64,000 nucleotides of DNA, from contig JAQBYT010000003.1 in the NCBI GenBank assembly GCA_027622665.1, forward strand, positions 96,001 to 160,000, read 5' to 3'. Below the pieces are notes generated by a model, which saw nothing but the letters and a program-made list of their open reading frames with translations, had not been told where the DNA came from and did no database searches. Origin of the DNA: Verrucomicrobiota bacterium (GTDB taxonomy: Bacteria > Verrucomicrobiota > Verrucomicrobiia > Opitutales > Seribacteraceae). The translations under genes and the position numbers were made by a program. Positions 29,036-41,408 of the stretch are shown in pieces; position 1 is the first letter of the stretch, and each line of letters opens with the position of its first letter.

Positions 29036-30763
29036 CTACTCCTCGGCAATGGTACTCATGAGCACCTCATCAAGAGTGGTAATGCCTGCAAGCACTTTGC
29101 GAAAACCGTCGACTCGCATCGAACGCATACCCATCTGACGAGCTTTGTGGCGCAACTCGACCAAGCTGACGTTATTGTAGATCATTGCCTCGATTTCCTC
29201 GTCCACGATAAAAATCTCGAATAGGCCCTTTCGGCCACGATACCCCGAACCACCGCAATTGTCGCAACCTGCCCCCATCATGAATGAGGCTTTCTGAGCT
29301 TGCTTTTCGTTGAGTCCGAGGATCTTCAACTCATTGGCGGTGGGATCATAGGGTTGCTTGCAACCTTGACAGATGGAACGGACCAAACGCTGAGCCAATG
29401 CCGCCCGCAAGGAAGCCGACACAAGGAAGGGCTTAACACCCATGTCGATCAATCGGGAAACCGCGCTGGGAGCATCATTAGTGTGTAAAGTACTAAATAC
29501 CATATGACCGGTGAGAGAGGCGTTAATCGCAATCTCGGCAGTTTCAAGATCACGAATTTCTCCCACCATAACAATATTTGGAGCTTGCCGCAACATGGCT
29601 CGTAAAGCAGCAGTGAAAGTCATCCCCACCTCTGCCCTCACTTGCACTTGATTGATTCCTGCAAGTTCGTACTCGACGGGATCCTCGACGGTGATAATCT
29701 TACGGTCTGGAGTATTGATGACGTTGAGGGCGGAATAAAGGGTGGTCGACTTCCCGGATCCCGTTGGCCCGGTTACAAGAAAGATACCGTCCGGCATGCC
29801 GATAATTCTCTCGAACGTCTCTTGATCGTCTGCAAAAAAGCCCAGCTGAGGCAAACCAAGACGAAGGCTTTCCTTGTCGAGAATTCGCATGACAATACTT
29901 TCTCCATGAGCAGTCGGCAATGTCGATACGCGGAGGTCAATCACCTTTGCTCCAGCCTTGACGGTGATCCTACCGTCAAGCGGTACGCGCTTCTCGGCCA
30001 AACTAACGTTTGCCATTAACTTAGTACGAGAGAGAATCGATGGTTGCAGACGTTTCGGTGGGTCGGGTTGCTCTCGTAATTTGCCGTCGATCCGAAATCT
30101 TATGCGAAATTTCTTCTCCAGAGGCTCCATATGGATATCCGAAGCCCGCATCTCCAAGGCATCCTTAATGAGGGAATGAACATACTTGATGATGGGAGCG
30201 TCTTCCTCGCTAACCGTTTCGGTGTGCATGCCATCGCCTATTTCGAGATCCTCTTCCGCAATATCGCTGAAGAAATCAGCCATTTTCCGTTCGTCTGCCA
30301 CACCGTAAGCCTCATCGATCGATTTCAGAACATCCCCTCGATAGGCAATCCTAGGATTAATGGTTTTGCCGAGAACATGAGCGAGATTATCGAATGCGTC
30401 CTGATCAACCGGATTAGCAAGAGCGAGATCGATCTCGGTTCCGTTTAGCTCCAAAGGGAAAACCTCATATTGACGAGCAACCTCGACCGGAACGGCTGCA
30501 AGAGCGTCATTGCCTGGTTTGACTAAGGAAAGATCCACTGCTTCCATGTTCAACTCGGAAGCAAGGAAATCGACGAATATCCGACTGGAAGAACCCGTTA
30601 TCTCGATAAGCCTATCCATGAAAGCCAGATCAGGGTCTACGGACACTTTCAGTTCATCGGACTGGACCGACTCCAATTCCGCCCGAACGGAAGCCACAAT
30701 TTGATCAAAACCTTCGTTGTTTTGTTCGAAGGCCTGCAGCAAGTATTCGTCGGTCTGGTTCAC
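29036..30763 (-). CDS. pilB: Type IV pilus/T2SS assembly ATPase (PilB/GspE), second paralog
   Basis: [38 protein letters not shown]...CDNC. Confidence 0.92.
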   Translation of the reverse strand: MNQTDEYLLQAFEQNNEGFDQIVASVRAELESVQSDELKVSVDPDLAFMDRLIEITGSSSRIFVDFLASELNMEAVDLSLVKPGNDALAAVPVEVARQYEVFPLELNGTEIDLALANPVDQDAFDNLAHVLGKTINPRIAYRGDVLKSIDEAYGVADERKMADFFSDIAEEDLEIGDGMHTETVSEEDAPIIKYVHSLIKDALEMRASDIHMEPLEKKFRIRFRIDGKLREQPDPPKRLQPSILSRTKLMANVSLAEKRVPLDGRITVKAGAKVIDLRVSTLPTAHGESIVMRILDKESLRLGLPQLGFFADDQETFERIIGMPDGIFLVTGPTGSGKSTTLYSALNVINTPDRKIITVEDPVEYELAGINQVQVRAEVGMTFTAALRAMLRQAPNIVMVGEIRDLETAEIAINASLTGHMVFSTLHTNDAPSAVSRLIDMGVKPFLVSASLRAALAQRLVRSICQGCKQPYDPTANELKILGLNEKQAQKASFMMGAGCDNCGGSGYRGRKGLFEIFIVDEEIEAMIYNNVSLVELRHKARQMGMRSMRVDGFRKVLAGITTLDEVLMSTIAEE

Positions 30764-30866
30764 GGAGCTAAAAAGTATCGATTAAGATACGGAAACCTCT
30801 TGAAAAAAGGCAACCGAAAGAAAAGCGAACAAACCGCCCGACAAGAAGACCCCGCAAGAAAGCGTA

Positions 30867-32723
30867 TCAACGACCCAAACCCATGAGGAATTCGGGATTG
30901 TTTTTGGTTTTCTTCACACGCTGAATGAACATCTCCATAGCATCGACGGGAGGCACGCCTTTGAGGGAGCGTCGAAGAGCGTAAATTTTTCCTAATTCGT
31001 CGGGATGATATAAAAGTTCCTCTTTTCTGGTTCCGCTTTTCTCGAAATCCAAGGCGGGGAAGATGCGCTTGCTGACGAGTTCTCGGTCAAGATGAAGCTC
31101 CATATTGCCAGTGCCCTTGAATTCCTCGAAGATAACTTCATCCATCTTGCTGCCAGTGTCTATCAAGGCAGTGCCGAGAATCGTCAAGCTTCCCCCTCCC
31201 TCGATGTTTCGGGCAGAACCGAAGAAACGCTTCGGTCGTTGAAGAGCCGATGCCTCCACACCTCCACTGAGGATTTTGCCGCTGTTCGGCATAGTCGTAT
31301 TGTAAGCCCGAGCGAGTCGAGTAATGGAATCCAACAATATCACCACCTCTTTCCCCACTTCCACCATACGTCGAGCCTTCTCTATGACGATTTCAGCGGC
31401 GTGCACATGACTTTCGGCGTTTTCGTCGAAAGTGGAAGCGATTATCTCTGCATCGGAAACTTGACGGCGGAAATCGGTGACTTCCTCGGGTCGCTCGTCA
31501 ACCAACAAGATGATAAGGTGGGTATCAGGGTTGTTGGTCCTTATGGCACGAGCCATGCATTGCTGGAGGACAGTTTTACCCGTTCGAGGCGGGGCCACGA
31601 TGAGCCCGCGTTGCCCAAACCCGATGGGAGAAACCAAGTCGACCACACGCATGGAGACATTGTCCCATTCGACATCCGGACTCGTCTCAAGAAAAATCCG
31701 AGACAAGGGATAGTAAGGAGTCAGCTCTGTGAATGGTATTACCTTGGCGGCTTCCTCCGGCGGTTTTCCCATTACAGTTTCAACCCTTATCAGCAAGGGG
31801 CAGGTGGCCCCTTCCATTTTAGGTCTCAGAAAACCTTCCAATAAATGTCCCGTTTGGAGTCCAAAACGTTTGACCACTGCCTTTGGAACAAAAGGGCTCT
31901 GGCTTTTGATTCTATAATTATCCTTCGCCTGAAGCAGCAAACCATAACCTTCTTCAAGAACCTCCAGCACTCCAGAAGTCTTGACTGGAATTTTTTCTTC
32001 AAATCGATTCTGAAAAATGAGATCAAATATCTCTTCTCGGACAGGTGCGGGAGGAAAGTCAAGCTCAGGCAACAATGCCGTGGCCTTTTCCTTAAGCTCT
32101 ACAAGATCGAGCCCATACAGAGAATTGAACTCGAGAACCTCTCCCTCACCACCGATACATTCTTCGACCAAGGCGTCGATTGCATCGAAATCAGCAAGCG
32201 CTTCGCACTCTTGCAAAGTGCCGAGTTCCAGAGGGTGACGCTCTTCCGGATCAGAAAGAGAAGTCCTACGCCTGCTATTAGACTTATGCCTTTGCTTTTG
32301 ATTTTGGTTAAACTGCTGTGGCTTACCCTTACCGCCTCCCCCTCTTTTCTTGTTCTGCCAATTTTGTTGACGCGGGTTGCGATGCCCATGTCGATTCTTG
32401 TCTTTTTGACCACCCTCAGCCGAAGAGTGCTTTCCTTGGTCCGATTCTTCAGCCGCCGGAGGAGGTCCCTTTTCTTCAGTTGGTTCGGAACCATCGGTAC
32501 TGAAGAAAACCTGCTGAGACTCTTTTCCTTGGGATGGTTTTTTTTCCGATTCGGAAACGCTTTGGGCAAGAGTCTTCGTTTTTTTCCGTGAAGTTTTTTC
32601 CCTTGAACCGACAGCTTCAGTTCCACCAGCAGGGCTCGGACTTTTTTCATTCACTTCATCGACTGAGGACACCTCGTCTTCCTTTATTTTTCCGCGAGAT
32701 TTTTTTGATCGTGTAAGCGCCAT
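30867..32723 (-). CDS. rho: Transcription termination factor Rho with long N-terminal low-complexity extension
   Basis: [58 protein letters not shown]. Start at ATG 32723. Confidence 0.96.
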   Translation of the reverse strand: MALTRSKKSRGKIKEDEVSSVDEVNEKSPSPAGGTEAVGSREKTSRKKTKTLAQSVSESEKKPSQGKESQQVFFSTDGSEPTEEKGPPPAAEESDQGKHSSAEGGQKDKNRHGHRNPRQQNWQNKKRGGGGKGKPQQFNQNQKQRHKSNSRRRTSLSDPEERHPLELGTLQECEALADFDAIDALVEECIGGEGEVLEFNSLYGLDLVELKEKATALLPELDFPPAPVREEIFDLIFQNRFEEKIPVKTSGVLEVLEEGYGLLLQAKDNYRIKSQSPFVPKAVVKRFGLQTGHLLEGFLRPKMEGATCPLLIRVETVMGKPPEEAAKVIPFTELTPYYPLSRIFLETSPDVEWDNVSMRVVDLVSPIGFGQRGLIVAPPRTGKTVLQQCMARAIRTNNPDTHLIILLVDERPEEVTDFRRQVSDAEIIASTFDENAESHVHAAEIVIEKARRMVEVGKEVVILLDSITRLARAYNTTMPNSGKILSGGVEASALQRPKRFFGSARNIEGGGSLTILGTALIDTGSKMDEVIFEEFKGTGNMELHLDRELVSKRIFPALDFEKSGTRKEELLYHPDELGKIYALRRSLKGVPPVDAMEMFIQRVKKTKNNPEFLMGLGR

Positions 32724-32739
32724 GGCATGTTTGGGTATA

Positions 32740-33372
32740 CTATTGGGAAGAGCTAGAACTAGCAAGTGCGGGAAAAAGAAAATGGCGGCACAACCGCTCG
32801 ACCTGCTGCCCCAAATAGGAGGTTTCGCCATCGCCCAGCAAAACAAAGTCGGCCCGACGAGCCTTCAACCCGGTCGGCAATTGAGCATCGAGGCGATTAC
32901 GTGCCTCGGTCTGATCTAGACCTCGTTCCAACAAGCGATGCATTTGAGTTTTAGGATTAGAGAAAATAGAGACGACAAAGTCGAATTCGGACTCAAGAGA
33001 ATTCTCGAACAGAAGAGGCAACTCAACAGTTACGAAATTTTCTTCAGAATTAGTTACCGCGTGCAACCACTCGGTGCGTATTAGAGGGTGAAGAAGTTCC
33101 TCAAGCCACCTTCGTTTTAAAGGATTAGAGAATATTAGATGCCCGAGCTGTCCTTTGTCAACAGTTCCCTCTACAGAAAAAACCAGTTCGCCAAACTCCT
33201 TTCGCAATGCGCCCTTCACCCCTTCGTCTTCGCTGAGCAAACGGTGAGTGATGACATCGGTGGAAACGATGCCCGACCCGACCTCTCGAAAGAAATCCAA
33301 GGCCACGGACTTCCCGCAAGCGATTCCGCCAGTCAATCCTACCACCATTTTCTCTGTTTCCTCGCTACTCAT
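32740..33372 (-). CDS. coaE: Dephospho-CoA kinase
   Basis: [28 protein letters not shown]; coaE-rho adjacency. Confidence 0.93.
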   Translation of the reverse strand: MSSEETEKMVVGLTGGIACGKSVALDFFREVGSGIVSTDVITHRLLSEDEGVKGALRKEFGELVFSVEGTVDKGQLGHLIFSNPLKRRWLEELLHPLIRTEWLHAVTNSEENFVTVELPLLFENSLESEFDFVVSIFSNPKTQMHRLLERGLDQTEARNRLDAQLPTGLKARRADFVLLGDGETSYLGQQVERLCRHFLFPALASSSSSQ

Positions 33373-33503
33373 TTTACATTTTCTAAAAAAAGGGGAACCG
33401 AACCGAGGGCAACCACGGAAACAGCGGAATTCTCAAACTCGCCAAGAATCCACTTGCCATCCGTGTACTTGTTGACATGTTGCAAATCGCGTTTTTGGGG
33501 CAT

Positions 33504-33590
33504 GGTAGGGTATCCAAGTGGCTAAAGGATGCGGACTGTAAATCCGCCCGCTTCGTGCGTTCGTCGGTTCGAATCCGACCCCTACCACCA
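33504..33590 (+). tRNA. tRNA-Tyr(GUA)
   Basis: Acceptor stem GGTAGGG/CCCTACC, anticodon arm GCGGA-CTGTAAA-TCCGC, long variable arm, GGTTCGAATCC, ACCA end. Confidence 0.96.
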
Positions 33591-33748
33591 TTTATACTTT
33601 GCGAAAAGGCAAATTCACGAATAGTAAATTTTACAGAAATGAAACGCATAGGCAAATGGATAGTCATTGTAATTAGCGGATGCATTTTCTTTCTGTACCA
33701 AAAGATGTGTAGCGGTCGGTTTGACGACCTTCCACAATAGACAACAAG

Positions 33749-34336
33749 ATGCGGATTTCTGCGAACAACATTCTCGTTGGCGGACTTTCTAGCTTCGCAT
33801 TAGCCGTGCTCTTCGCGACCTTTGCGGGCAAGGCCATTCGCGGGGTTTACGAGCAATGGGAAGGTCTCCAAGACCGAGCGACCTTCTGGCAATTCTTCTC
33901 AAGCGGAGGACAACAAAACGACATTCTCGGATTAACGCACAAACTCATCTGGTTGGGACTAATGTTTAGTATGTGGTGGATATTGTGGAAATTCGATATT
34001 TTCTTTCGGCACGATTCAAAAGAGGAAACCAGTGTTGAAGATAAAGGTATTGAAGAACCCTCACATTCCCAAAAACCCGAGGACGAGGATATCGAAGAGG
34101 AAACCGATGAACCTGAAACATCACCGGATCCACAGGAAGATAATTGCGCAAGCGTCTTGGGACTTGTCGATCCCTACGACATGGATGAAGTAAAAAGCGC
34201 CTATCGCACCCTGATAGCCCAGTACCACCCGGACAAAGTGAGCCGTATGGGAGATGAAATCCGAGAGGTGGCGGAACGCAAAGCCAAGGAAATAAACGTA
34301 GCCTACGATTTTTTCCGACGCAAGTACGACCTTTAA
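33749..34336 (+). CDS. Membrane-anchored J-domain protein (DjlA-like C-terminus)
   Basis: Two hydrophobic segments, acidic linker, then VKSAYRTLIAQYHPDKV...KEINVAY. Confidence 0.85.
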   Translation: MRISANNILVGGLSSFALAVLFATFAGKAIRGVYEQWEGLQDRATFWQFFSSGGQQNDILGLTHKLIWLGLMFSMWWILWKFDIFFRHDSKEETSVEDKGIEEPSHSQKPEDEDIEEETDEPETSPDPQEDNCASVLGLVDPYDMDEVKSAYRTLIAQYHPDKVSRMGDEIREVAERKAKEINVAYDFFRRKYDL

Positions 34337-34437
34337 GAAAACTTACGATAACCTACCAGACGCTCTCGCCGATTCCGGCTTGCCACACTATGGTTACGTC
34401 TTATTTTCCATTGCCTCCTAATGTTCCCTATAAAAAA

Positions 34438-36294
34438 ATGAGTAAACAAGCTGCCACACACCAGTTCCAAGCAGAGGTCAATCAGGTCCTCGATATAGTA
34501 GTCAACTCTCTCTATAAAGATAAGGAAATTTTCATTCGTGAACTAGTTTCCAACGCATCGGATGCTTTAGAGAAACTGCGTCGAACCCAAATCACCGAGA
34601 AGAAGATCTTCGACGATCATTTGGAATTGGAAATCAATGTTACGACTGACGACGAAGCGGGCATCATTACGATTCAGGACTTTGGCCTTGGAATGACGGC
34701 TGAAGAGTTGACCGATAATCTGGGAACCATCGCTCACTCGGGTTCCAAAGAATTCATCGAGGCACTAAAGGGCGATGGCGAAAAGAACGAAGCTTTGATC
34801 GGGAAGTTTGGCGTGGGTTTCTATAGCGTCTTCATGGTAGCCGACAACGTAAAGGTATACTCCCGCTCATGGGAACCCGACGCCGAAGGTCAATGCTGGG
34901 AAAGTGATGGCTCAGGATCCTACACTATTGAACCCGTGGACGGTCAACGACGCGGAGCCAAGGTCGTCATCAAACTGAAGGACGAACACAAGGATTTCGC
35001 TAAAGCCGATCGAGTTAAGGAAATAATCAAGAAGTACTCGGCTTTCGTGCAGTTCCCAATCTCGGTTAACGGTGACAAGGTCAACACTGTCGATGCGTTA
35101 TGGCTTCGTTCAAAAAACGAAATCAAGGACGAGGAATACGAAGAATTCTACAAATTTCAGGCGAATGATTATCAAGCCCCTCTCCTTCGTCTGCACTTCA
35201 GCACCGACGCCCCCCTCGAAATAAATGCTCTGCTTTTTGTCCCTAAACGCAATATGGAGAAGCTCGGCATGTGGCGAAGCGAGGTAAAAGTCGCTCTTCA
35301 TTGCAGGAAAGTTTTGATCGATCCCGAACCCAAGGCGCTCTTCCCGGAATGGCTTCGCTTTATCAGAGGCGTGGTCGACAGTACCGACCTGCCACTAAAT
35401 GTCTCTAGGGAGACCATGCAGGACAGCGAACTTTTGCGAAAGTTGAACCAAGTACTGACCAAACGCTTTCTTCGATTCCTTGCCGAACAGGCCAAGAAAG
35501 AACCGGAAACTTATTTAGAGTTCTGGAAACAATTCGGTCTACTCATTAAAGAAGGGGCCGCGACCGACTTTGCGCACAAAGAAAACCTCGCCAAACTTTT
35601 GCGGTTCGAATCATCCGGTCTCGACTCGGGTGCATTAACGGGTATGGAGGAATATGCATCCCGAATGACTGGTGAACAAAAGGAAATCATCTACCTCTTT
35701 GGCCGCAACCGTGAGGCAATCGAGGCCGGCCCTTACTTAGAAGCATTAACGGCTAGAAATCTAGAAGTCCTCATTCTCACCGAACCCGTCGACGAGTACG
35801 TCATGCAGACTCTGGGAGAGTTCGATGGGAAAAAGCTCGTTTCGGGAGATTCCGAAGATCTGAAACTTGAAAAGCTGGATGATGAACCCGAGGGCAAACG
35901 ATTGAACAAAAAGGATACTAAATCCCTTTGCAAGTGGTTGAAGGAATCGCTTGGCGATCGCGTCTCGGACGTGGAGGAAGGTGAACGCCTTATCGACAGC
36001 CCGGTTTGCGTAGTTGGCGGAGACGCAATGGGAGGACCCTCCGCGCGCCGCATGATGAAGATGATGCAGGGTGCCGATTCCAATCTTCCCGCTCCTGCCG
36101 TTAAGCTACAAATCAATCTTCGCCATTCCATCATTCGCGGACTTTCGCAACTTCGAGAAACAAACGCCGACACGGCATCTCTCGTAGCTCACCAACTTCT
36201 GGACAACGCGCTCGCCTCCGCTGATCTCCTCGAAGACCCTCGAGAGATGATTGCCCGAAGCTTTAAAGCCTTGGAAAAACTGACCGCCACTTAA
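34438..36294 (+). CDS. htpG: Molecular chaperone HtpG (Hsp90)
   Basis: FQAEV, FIRELVSNASDA, LGTIAHSG, IGKFGVGFYS, DLPLNVSRE. Confidence 0.97.
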   Translation: MSKQAATHQFQAEVNQVLDIVVNSLYKDKEIFIRELVSNASDALEKLRRTQITEKKIFDDHLELEINVTTDDEAGIITIQDFGLGMTAEELTDNLGTIAHSGSKEFIEALKGDGEKNEALIGKFGVGFYSVFMVADNVKVYSRSWEPDAEGQCWESDGSGSYTIEPVDGQRRGAKVVIKLKDEHKDFAKADRVKEIIKKYSAFVQFPISVNGDKVNTVDALWLRSKNEIKDEEYEEFYKFQANDYQAPLLRLHFSTDAPLEINALLFVPKRNMEKLGMWRSEVKVALHCRKVLIDPEPKALFPEWLRFIRGVVDSTDLPLNVSRETMQDSELLRKLNQVLTKRFLRFLAEQAKKEPETYLEFWKQFGLLIKEGAATDFAHKENLAKLLRFESSGLDSGALTGMEEYASRMTGEQKEIIYLFGRNREAIEAGPYLEALTARNLEVLILTEPVDEYVMQTLGEFDGKKLVSGDSEDLKLEKLDDEPEGKRLNKKDTKSLCKWLKESLGDRVSDVEEGERLIDSPVCVVGGDAMGGPSARRMMKMMQGADSNLPAPAVKLQINLRHSIIRGLSQLRETNADTASLVAHQLLDNALASADLLEDPREMIARSFKALEKLTAT

Positions 36295-36312
36295 AGTTTT
36301 CATCAAGGCCTT

Positions 36313-37686
36313 ATGAAAGCTTCACCTCTGGCGCGCTTATCGTTTGCGATTGCAGCGGTCATCTCCCCAATAGGGGCAAAGAGTCCAAATATCCTGTTCA
36401 TAATGGCCGACGACCTCGGCTGGATGGACTTGGCTTGCCAAGGAAACAAGTTGGTCGAGACCCCCAACCTCGATCGACTGGCCAAGCAGGGCATGCGCTT
36501 CACCGATGCCTACGCCGCCGCTCCCGTATGCTCGCCCACCCGCTGCGCAGTGCTGACCGGGCAGGCTCCTGCCCGAATCGGTTTGACCACCCACCTGCCG
36601 GGACTCTTCTTTCCCAAGGACGGGCGTCCCCAACCGGCCAAGCTGACCCCCCAACTGGACACGGGACACATTACCATTGCAGAGAGAATGAAGGAAGCTG
36701 GCTATGCATCTGCCTTCCTTGGCAAATGGCACATAGCCCCAAGCTCGGGCAAGGGTGGAAAAGTAGCTAAGGAAGTCTCCCCGATCGGTCAAGGATTCGA
36801 CTTGAACGTCGGAGGAACCTCATACGGCGGACCGCCCAGTTTCTTTTCCCCCTACCGGAATGCCGAGCTACCTGACGGGCCCGAGGGGGAATACCTCCCC
36901 GACCGGTTGGTCGACGAAACCATTCGATTCGCCGAGGCGAACAAGAACAGGCCCTGGATGGCTCACTTGTGGTTCTACACCGTGCACTGGCCTATGCAAG
37001 CGCCAGTGGGATTACTCCGGAAATATGCCGACCGCAAGGGACCGGGACTCAACGACACCCGCTACGGTGCGATGATCGAAGCAATGGATCTGGCCATCGG
37101 TCGGCTGCTCAAGGCCTTGGAGGAGATGAACGCTGACAAGGACACGCTGGTGATCTTCACGAGCGACAACGGCGGATTCGCCGGGGTATCCGACTGCCGG
37201 CCCCTGCGAGAATCGAAGGGCCACCTCTACGAGGGAGGCATCCGAGTTCCCCTGATCGTCCGCTGGCCGGAGAATGTACGGGCAGGCGCCCTTTGCAAGG
37301 AACCCGTGATAAGCATGGATTTCTACCCTACCTTCCTAGAGCTCGCAGGGCTGAAAGCTGGGGAGAAGGCCTTGGACGGGGAAAGCCTCCTTCCACTCCT
37401 CAGCCAAACAGGCAAGCTCAAGCGCAAGGCGATTTACTTTCATTATCCCAACTATGCCTGGCACATGGGCAATCGCCTCGCAGGCGCCATCCGGGAAGGG
37501 AAGTGGAAAATGATCCGCAACTACGACGATGGCTCCCTTGAGCTTTATGACCTGGGAAAGGACTTGAGCGAAAAAAGAAACCTCGCAAAGGAAAGCCCTA
37601 AGGTCTCACAGCGCCTGAACCGAAAACTTTCCCAATGGCTCAAGGAAACGAATGCCCCCATGCCCACCGTACAGTCTGTTCCCTAA
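36313..37686 (+). CDS. Sulfatase (S1, Cys-type)
   Basis: PNILFIMADDLG, CSPTR, GKWH, SDNGG, YEGGIRVP. Confidence 0.93.
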   Translation: MKASPLARLSFAIAAVISPIGAKSPNILFIMADDLGWMDLACQGNKLVETPNLDRLAKQGMRFTDAYAAAPVCSPTRCAVLTGQAPARIGLTTHLPGLFFPKDGRPQPAKLTPQLDTGHITIAERMKEAGYASAFLGKWHIAPSSGKGGKVAKEVSPIGQGFDLNVGGTSYGGPPSFFSPYRNAELPDGPEGEYLPDRLVDETIRFAEANKNRPWMAHLWFYTVHWPMQAPVGLLRKYADRKGPGLNDTRYGAMIEAMDLAIGRLLKALEEMNADKDTLVIFTSDNGGFAGVSDCRPLRESKGHLYEGGIRVPLIVRWPENVRAGALCKEPVISMDFYPTFLELAGLKAGEKALDGESLLPLLSQTGKLKRKAIYFHYPNYAWHMGNRLAGAIREGKWKMIRNYDDGSLELYDLGKDLSEKRNLAKESPKVSQRLNRKLSQWLKETNAPMPTVQSVP

Positions 37687-37687
37687 G

Positions 37688-40600
37688 ATGTATCGCAACT
37701 TTCTTTCTCTTTGTTCCCTGCTTTGCCTAGCCATTTCCGACCTTCTCTGCGCCGAGGTAGTAGAGGTCACCGCCTCCGGCTTTCAGCCAGGGAACGAGCC
37801 CGCCCATGCGATCGATGGGAATCCCAATTCGAGGTGGTCAGCCGAAGGCAAGGGTCAGTGGCTACAGCTCAAGCTAGACAAGGAGACCGTTTTCACCGCC
37901 TTCGAGGCAGGATTCGCCCGTGGCACCCGCCGGTACGAGTTTTCGATTCATACCTCTCAGGACGGAAAGAAGTGGAAAGAATCGTACTCAGGCAAAAGCG
38001 CAGGCAAGGGAGATCAAGTGAACAAGTTCGAATCGCCCGCCACCTCCGCCCGCTTCATCCGCTTCGTCTCGCAGGGAAACAACGAGAACATGTGGGTAAA
38101 CCTGCACGCTTTCAAGATTCAGGGAGTCAAGGTCTCGAAGAAACTGGTCAAGCCCTCCACAGCCAAGCTGGTAAAGTCAACCAGTGGGCTTGAGGTTTCC
38201 GTCTGGGCTGAAAACCCCCTTATTGCCAGCCCGGTGGCAATCAGCTTCGACGAACAAGGCAGAGCATATGTCACTCGCGTGCGCCGCCGCAAGGCATCCA
38301 GTCTCGACCTGCGGAATCACCGGGCTTGGGTGAAGCACGACCTTTCCATTCGCAGTTTGGAAGACAAACTGGCCTTCTACCAAAAGGCGATGGGGCCGAA
38401 CGCATATCCGGACATCCGGCCCTACTCACCCCCCGATCGCAACGCAGACGGCAAACGAGATTGGCGAGATCTCGCGGTGCAGACGGAGGAGATTCTCCGA
38501 ATCGAGGATACCAATGGGGACGGCAAGGCCGACAAATCGGTCGTCATCGACAAGGACTTGGCTTCCCCCGTTACGGGTATTGCGGCTGGTGTGCTTTGGT
38601 CCGAAGGAGCGGCCTATGCGACGGTGGAACCGGATGTATGGAAGTACGAGGATTCCGATGATGATGGAACGCCCGACAAGAGAACGCTCATCAGTCGGGG
38701 CTACACTATACACATTGGACAAGGGGGGCACAATGTATCCGGTCTGACCATGGGGCCTGACGGGCGAATCTATTGGTCGGTCGCGGACAAGGGAATCAAT
38801 GCCACTGGCAAGAACGGTGAACATTTCTTTTATCCTGATCGCGGGGCCATCATGCGATGCGAACCCGATGGGTCTCGTCTCGAGACCTTTGCTCTTGGCG
38901 TACGTAATGGTCAGGAACCGGTCTTCGACGAATTCGGCAATCTCTTCAGTGTGGACAACGACGGAGACTATCCCGGAGAGCGCGAGCGTTTCATTTACAT
39001 CGTGGAAGGGGGTATGACTGCATGGCGTCTTCATTGGCAATGGCATGGCTACCAAGACTTCGCAAAGATATCCGGCGAGAAACCCTACAACGTATGGATG
39101 CAGGAAGGTTTCTTTCGTCCCCGGTTTCCCGGACAAGCCGCATTCATCATTCCACCGCTTGCAAGCTATTCTAATGGACCTTGTGGTTTCGCTTACAATC
39201 CCGGCACCGCTCTCAACGAAAAATACCGAAACTTCTTCTTTCTCGCACAAGGTCGGAAACTGTCTGCGTTCAAGGTGCGTCCAAAGGGGGCGGCCTTCGA
39301 GATGTTTGATGAACAGACCATTCCCGGGTGTAGTAGCAACACCGGGCTCGCGTTCGGGCCTGACGGAGCCCTCTACGTCACGGACTGGATGAACGGTCCG
39401 AGCGATCGCGGTCGCGTGTGGAAGGTGGATGATCCGAAAGCAGCCGATTCACCGATTCGAAAAAGGGTCCGCGAAATTTTATCGAAAGGCATGAAGAAGC
39501 GGACCATCGACGAACTGAGCGGATTCCTGCGGGAAGATGATTTTCGAATCCGCAAGACCGCTCAGTTCGAACTCGTTCGACGAGGTGATGAGGGTAGAAA
39601 ACATCTCCTCGCCAGCACTCGCCAAACCGAACACAGGTTAGCTCGCCTTCATGGCATTTGGGGCTTGGGGCAAGTGGCCCGTGGTTGGCCCGACAACGCA
39701 AAAGGTGATCCCGAGGCCATCAAGCCTCTCCTCGAACTGCTTGCCGCCGAAGACGAGGAAGTGCGAACCCAAGCCGCGAAGGTGCTCGGTGAGTCCAAGC
39801 ACTTGCCTGCGGCAACGCCGCTGATCGGTCTACTGGAGGACGAATCCATTCGGGTTCGCTTCCACGCCGCCAACGCGTTGGGTAAACTGCAGGATACTCA
39901 AGGCGTTGAGCCACTCTTGGCATTGATTGCGGAAAACAACGACGAAGATGCCTTTCTTCGTCATGCCGCAGTAATGGGTTTGGTGGGCTCAACCAAGTCA
40001 AACGTCAAACCCTTGCTCGATGCCGCTAAAACTTCCGAATCCTCCGTCCGCCTCGCTGCAATCCTCGCTCTTCGCCGCCATGCCCATCCAAGCATAGCGT
40101 TGTTCCTCAAGGACGACGATCTTTACCTCGTGACCGAAGCGGCCCGAGCGATTCACGACGACTTCTCCATCCCCGACGCTTTACCGGCCTTGGCCGAAAT
40201 CCTGGATCGTCCGGATTTGGCGGGTGAACCTCTGCTCAGGCGGGCAATCAATGCAAACTTCAGAGTCGGCCGCTCATCCGACGCCGAGCGTCTGGCCCGC
40301 TATGCCGCCAAGTCAGATGCCCCTGAAAATATGCGAACCACCGCCTTGGCCTGTCTCGCTCTTTGGGCACAACCTCCTGTGCTCGATGCCGTGGAAGGGC
40401 GTTATCGTCAATATCCACCGAGAAATCCGAAGCCGGCCGCAAAAGCCTTGGCCAAGGTGGCGGACGAATTGGTCGCCAATGCATCCGCCAAAGTGTTGAC
40501 AGTGCTTGCTCGAGCCATTGAGCGCCTCAAAGTGGTCGATCTCCTCCCCGTTGTGCATGCAGCCTACGAATCCGAAAAAGCTACCGCTTTTCTACAGGCT

Positions 40601-41407
40601 CAACTTCTGGAAACCATGGCGGAGATGAGCGACCCCGACTTAGGTGAATTTGTGAAGGCAGCCTTGACATCCAAGGATGCCCGCTTGCGGGCGACCGCTC
40701 AGAAGAGATCTTGGGCAGCTGGCTTATCCGGCATCGAGGTATTTGCCAAAGTTCTTCAATCCGGCAGCCTGCCCGAGAAACGTTCCGCCCTCGACAACCT
40801 CGCCCAATCCGCGGACGGCCAAGCGGATGCCTTGCTTGCCAAACAGTTTGCGAAGGTCGACCCCCGGCTCGAGTTGGATCTTCTCGAAGCAGCCCGCACA
40901 GCCAAGGGACCGGTCGCAAGACACAAAGCCAAAGCTCTCGATGAGGCATTAGCCGCCAAAGGCCCATTGGGGCCGTTCTCCCCCACCCTGCGTGGCGGTG
41001 ACTCGGACGAAGGAAGGAAAGTCGCCATGGGACACCCCGCGGCCCAATGCATACGTTGCCACAAGATCGGATCCACAGGCGGAGTGCTGGGGCCGGATCT
41101 TTCCAAGGTAGCTTCTCGCTTGTCGTCCGAGAAGATTCTCGAGTCTCTGGTTAATCCGCAGATCGAGCTGGCCGAGGGGTACGGCTTGCTTGTGGCCACT
41201 TTGAAGGATGGATCCACCGTTGCCGGCTCAATCGTGAAGGCCACCCCAAAGAGCTATTCCTTCCAGTCCCCCGACGGGAAGGAATCAATGCTCGACCGTT
41301 CCCTGATTGCGGAAGAGGTTCTGACCTCTCCCATGCCTCCGACGGGAGTCATTCTCACCAAGGTTGAAATGCGCGACCTCATAGCCTACCTCATCACCCT
41401 TAAATAA
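37688..41407 (+). CDS. PVC-type heme-binding protein with N-terminal discoidin/F5-8 (CBM32-like) domain, propeller domain, HEAT repeats and cytochrome c
   Basis: [63 protein letters not shown]. Confidence 0.85.
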   Translation: MYRNFLSLCSLLCLAISDLLCAEVVEVTASGFQPGNEPAHAIDGNPNSRWSAEGKGQWLQLKLDKETVFTAFEAGFARGTRRYEFSIHTSQDGKKWKESYSGKSAGKGDQVNKFESPATSARFIRFVSQGNNENMWVNLHAFKIQGVKVSKKLVKPSTAKLVKSTSGLEVSVWAENPLIASPVAISFDEQGRAYVTRVRRRKASSLDLRNHRAWVKHDLSIRSLEDKLAFYQKAMGPNAYPDIRPYSPPDRNADGKRDWRDLAVQTEEILRIEDTNGDGKADKSVVIDKDLASPVTGIAAGVLWSEGAAYATVEPDVWKYEDSDDDGTPDKRTLISRGYTIHIGQGGHNVSGLTMGPDGRIYWSVADKGINATGKNGEHFFYPDRGAIMRCEPDGSRLETFALGVRNGQEPVFDEFGNLFSVDNDGDYPGERERFIYIVEGGMTAWRLHWQWHGYQDFAKISGEKPYNVWMQEGFFRPRFPGQAAFIIPPLASYSNGPCGFAYNPGTALNEKYRNFFFLAQGRKLSAFKVRPKGAAFEMFDEQTIPGCSSNTGLAFGPDGALYVTDWMNGPSDRGRVWKVDDPKAADSPIRKRVREILSKGMKKRTIDELSGFLREDDFRIRKTAQFELVRRGDEGRKHLLASTRQTEHRLARLHGIWGLGQVARGWPDNAKGDPEAIKPLLELLAAEDEEVRTQAAKVLGESKHLPAATPLIGLLEDESIRVRFHAANALGKLQDTQGVEPLLALIAENNDEDAFLRHAAVMGLVGSTKSNVKPLLDAAKTSESSVRLAAILALRRHAHPSIALFLKDDDLYLVTEAARAIHDDFSIPDALPALAEILDRPDLAGEPLLRRAINANFRVGRSSDAERLARYAAKSDAPENMRTTALACLALWAQPPVLDAVEGRYRQYPPRNPKPAAKALAKVADELVANASAKVLTVLARAIERLKVVDLLPVVHAAYESEKATAFLQAQLLETMAEMSDPDLGEFVKAALTSKDARLRATAQKRSWAAGLSGIEVFAKVLQSGSLPEKRSALDNLAQSADGQADALLAKQFAKVDPRLELDLLEAARTAKGPVARHKAKALDEALAAKGPLGPFSPTLRGGDSDEGRKVAMGHPAAQCIRCHKIGSTGGVLGPDLSKVASRLSSEKILESLVNPQIELAEGYGLLVATLKDGSTVAGSIVKATPKSYSFQSPDGKESMLDRSLIAEEVLTSPMPPTGVILTKVEMRDLIAYLITLK

Positions 41408-41408
41408 A

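Noticed and set aside
33383..33740. ORFs 33383-33685(-) and 33477-33740(+)
   Set aside because: Both overlap tRNA-Tyr and are spurious translations.
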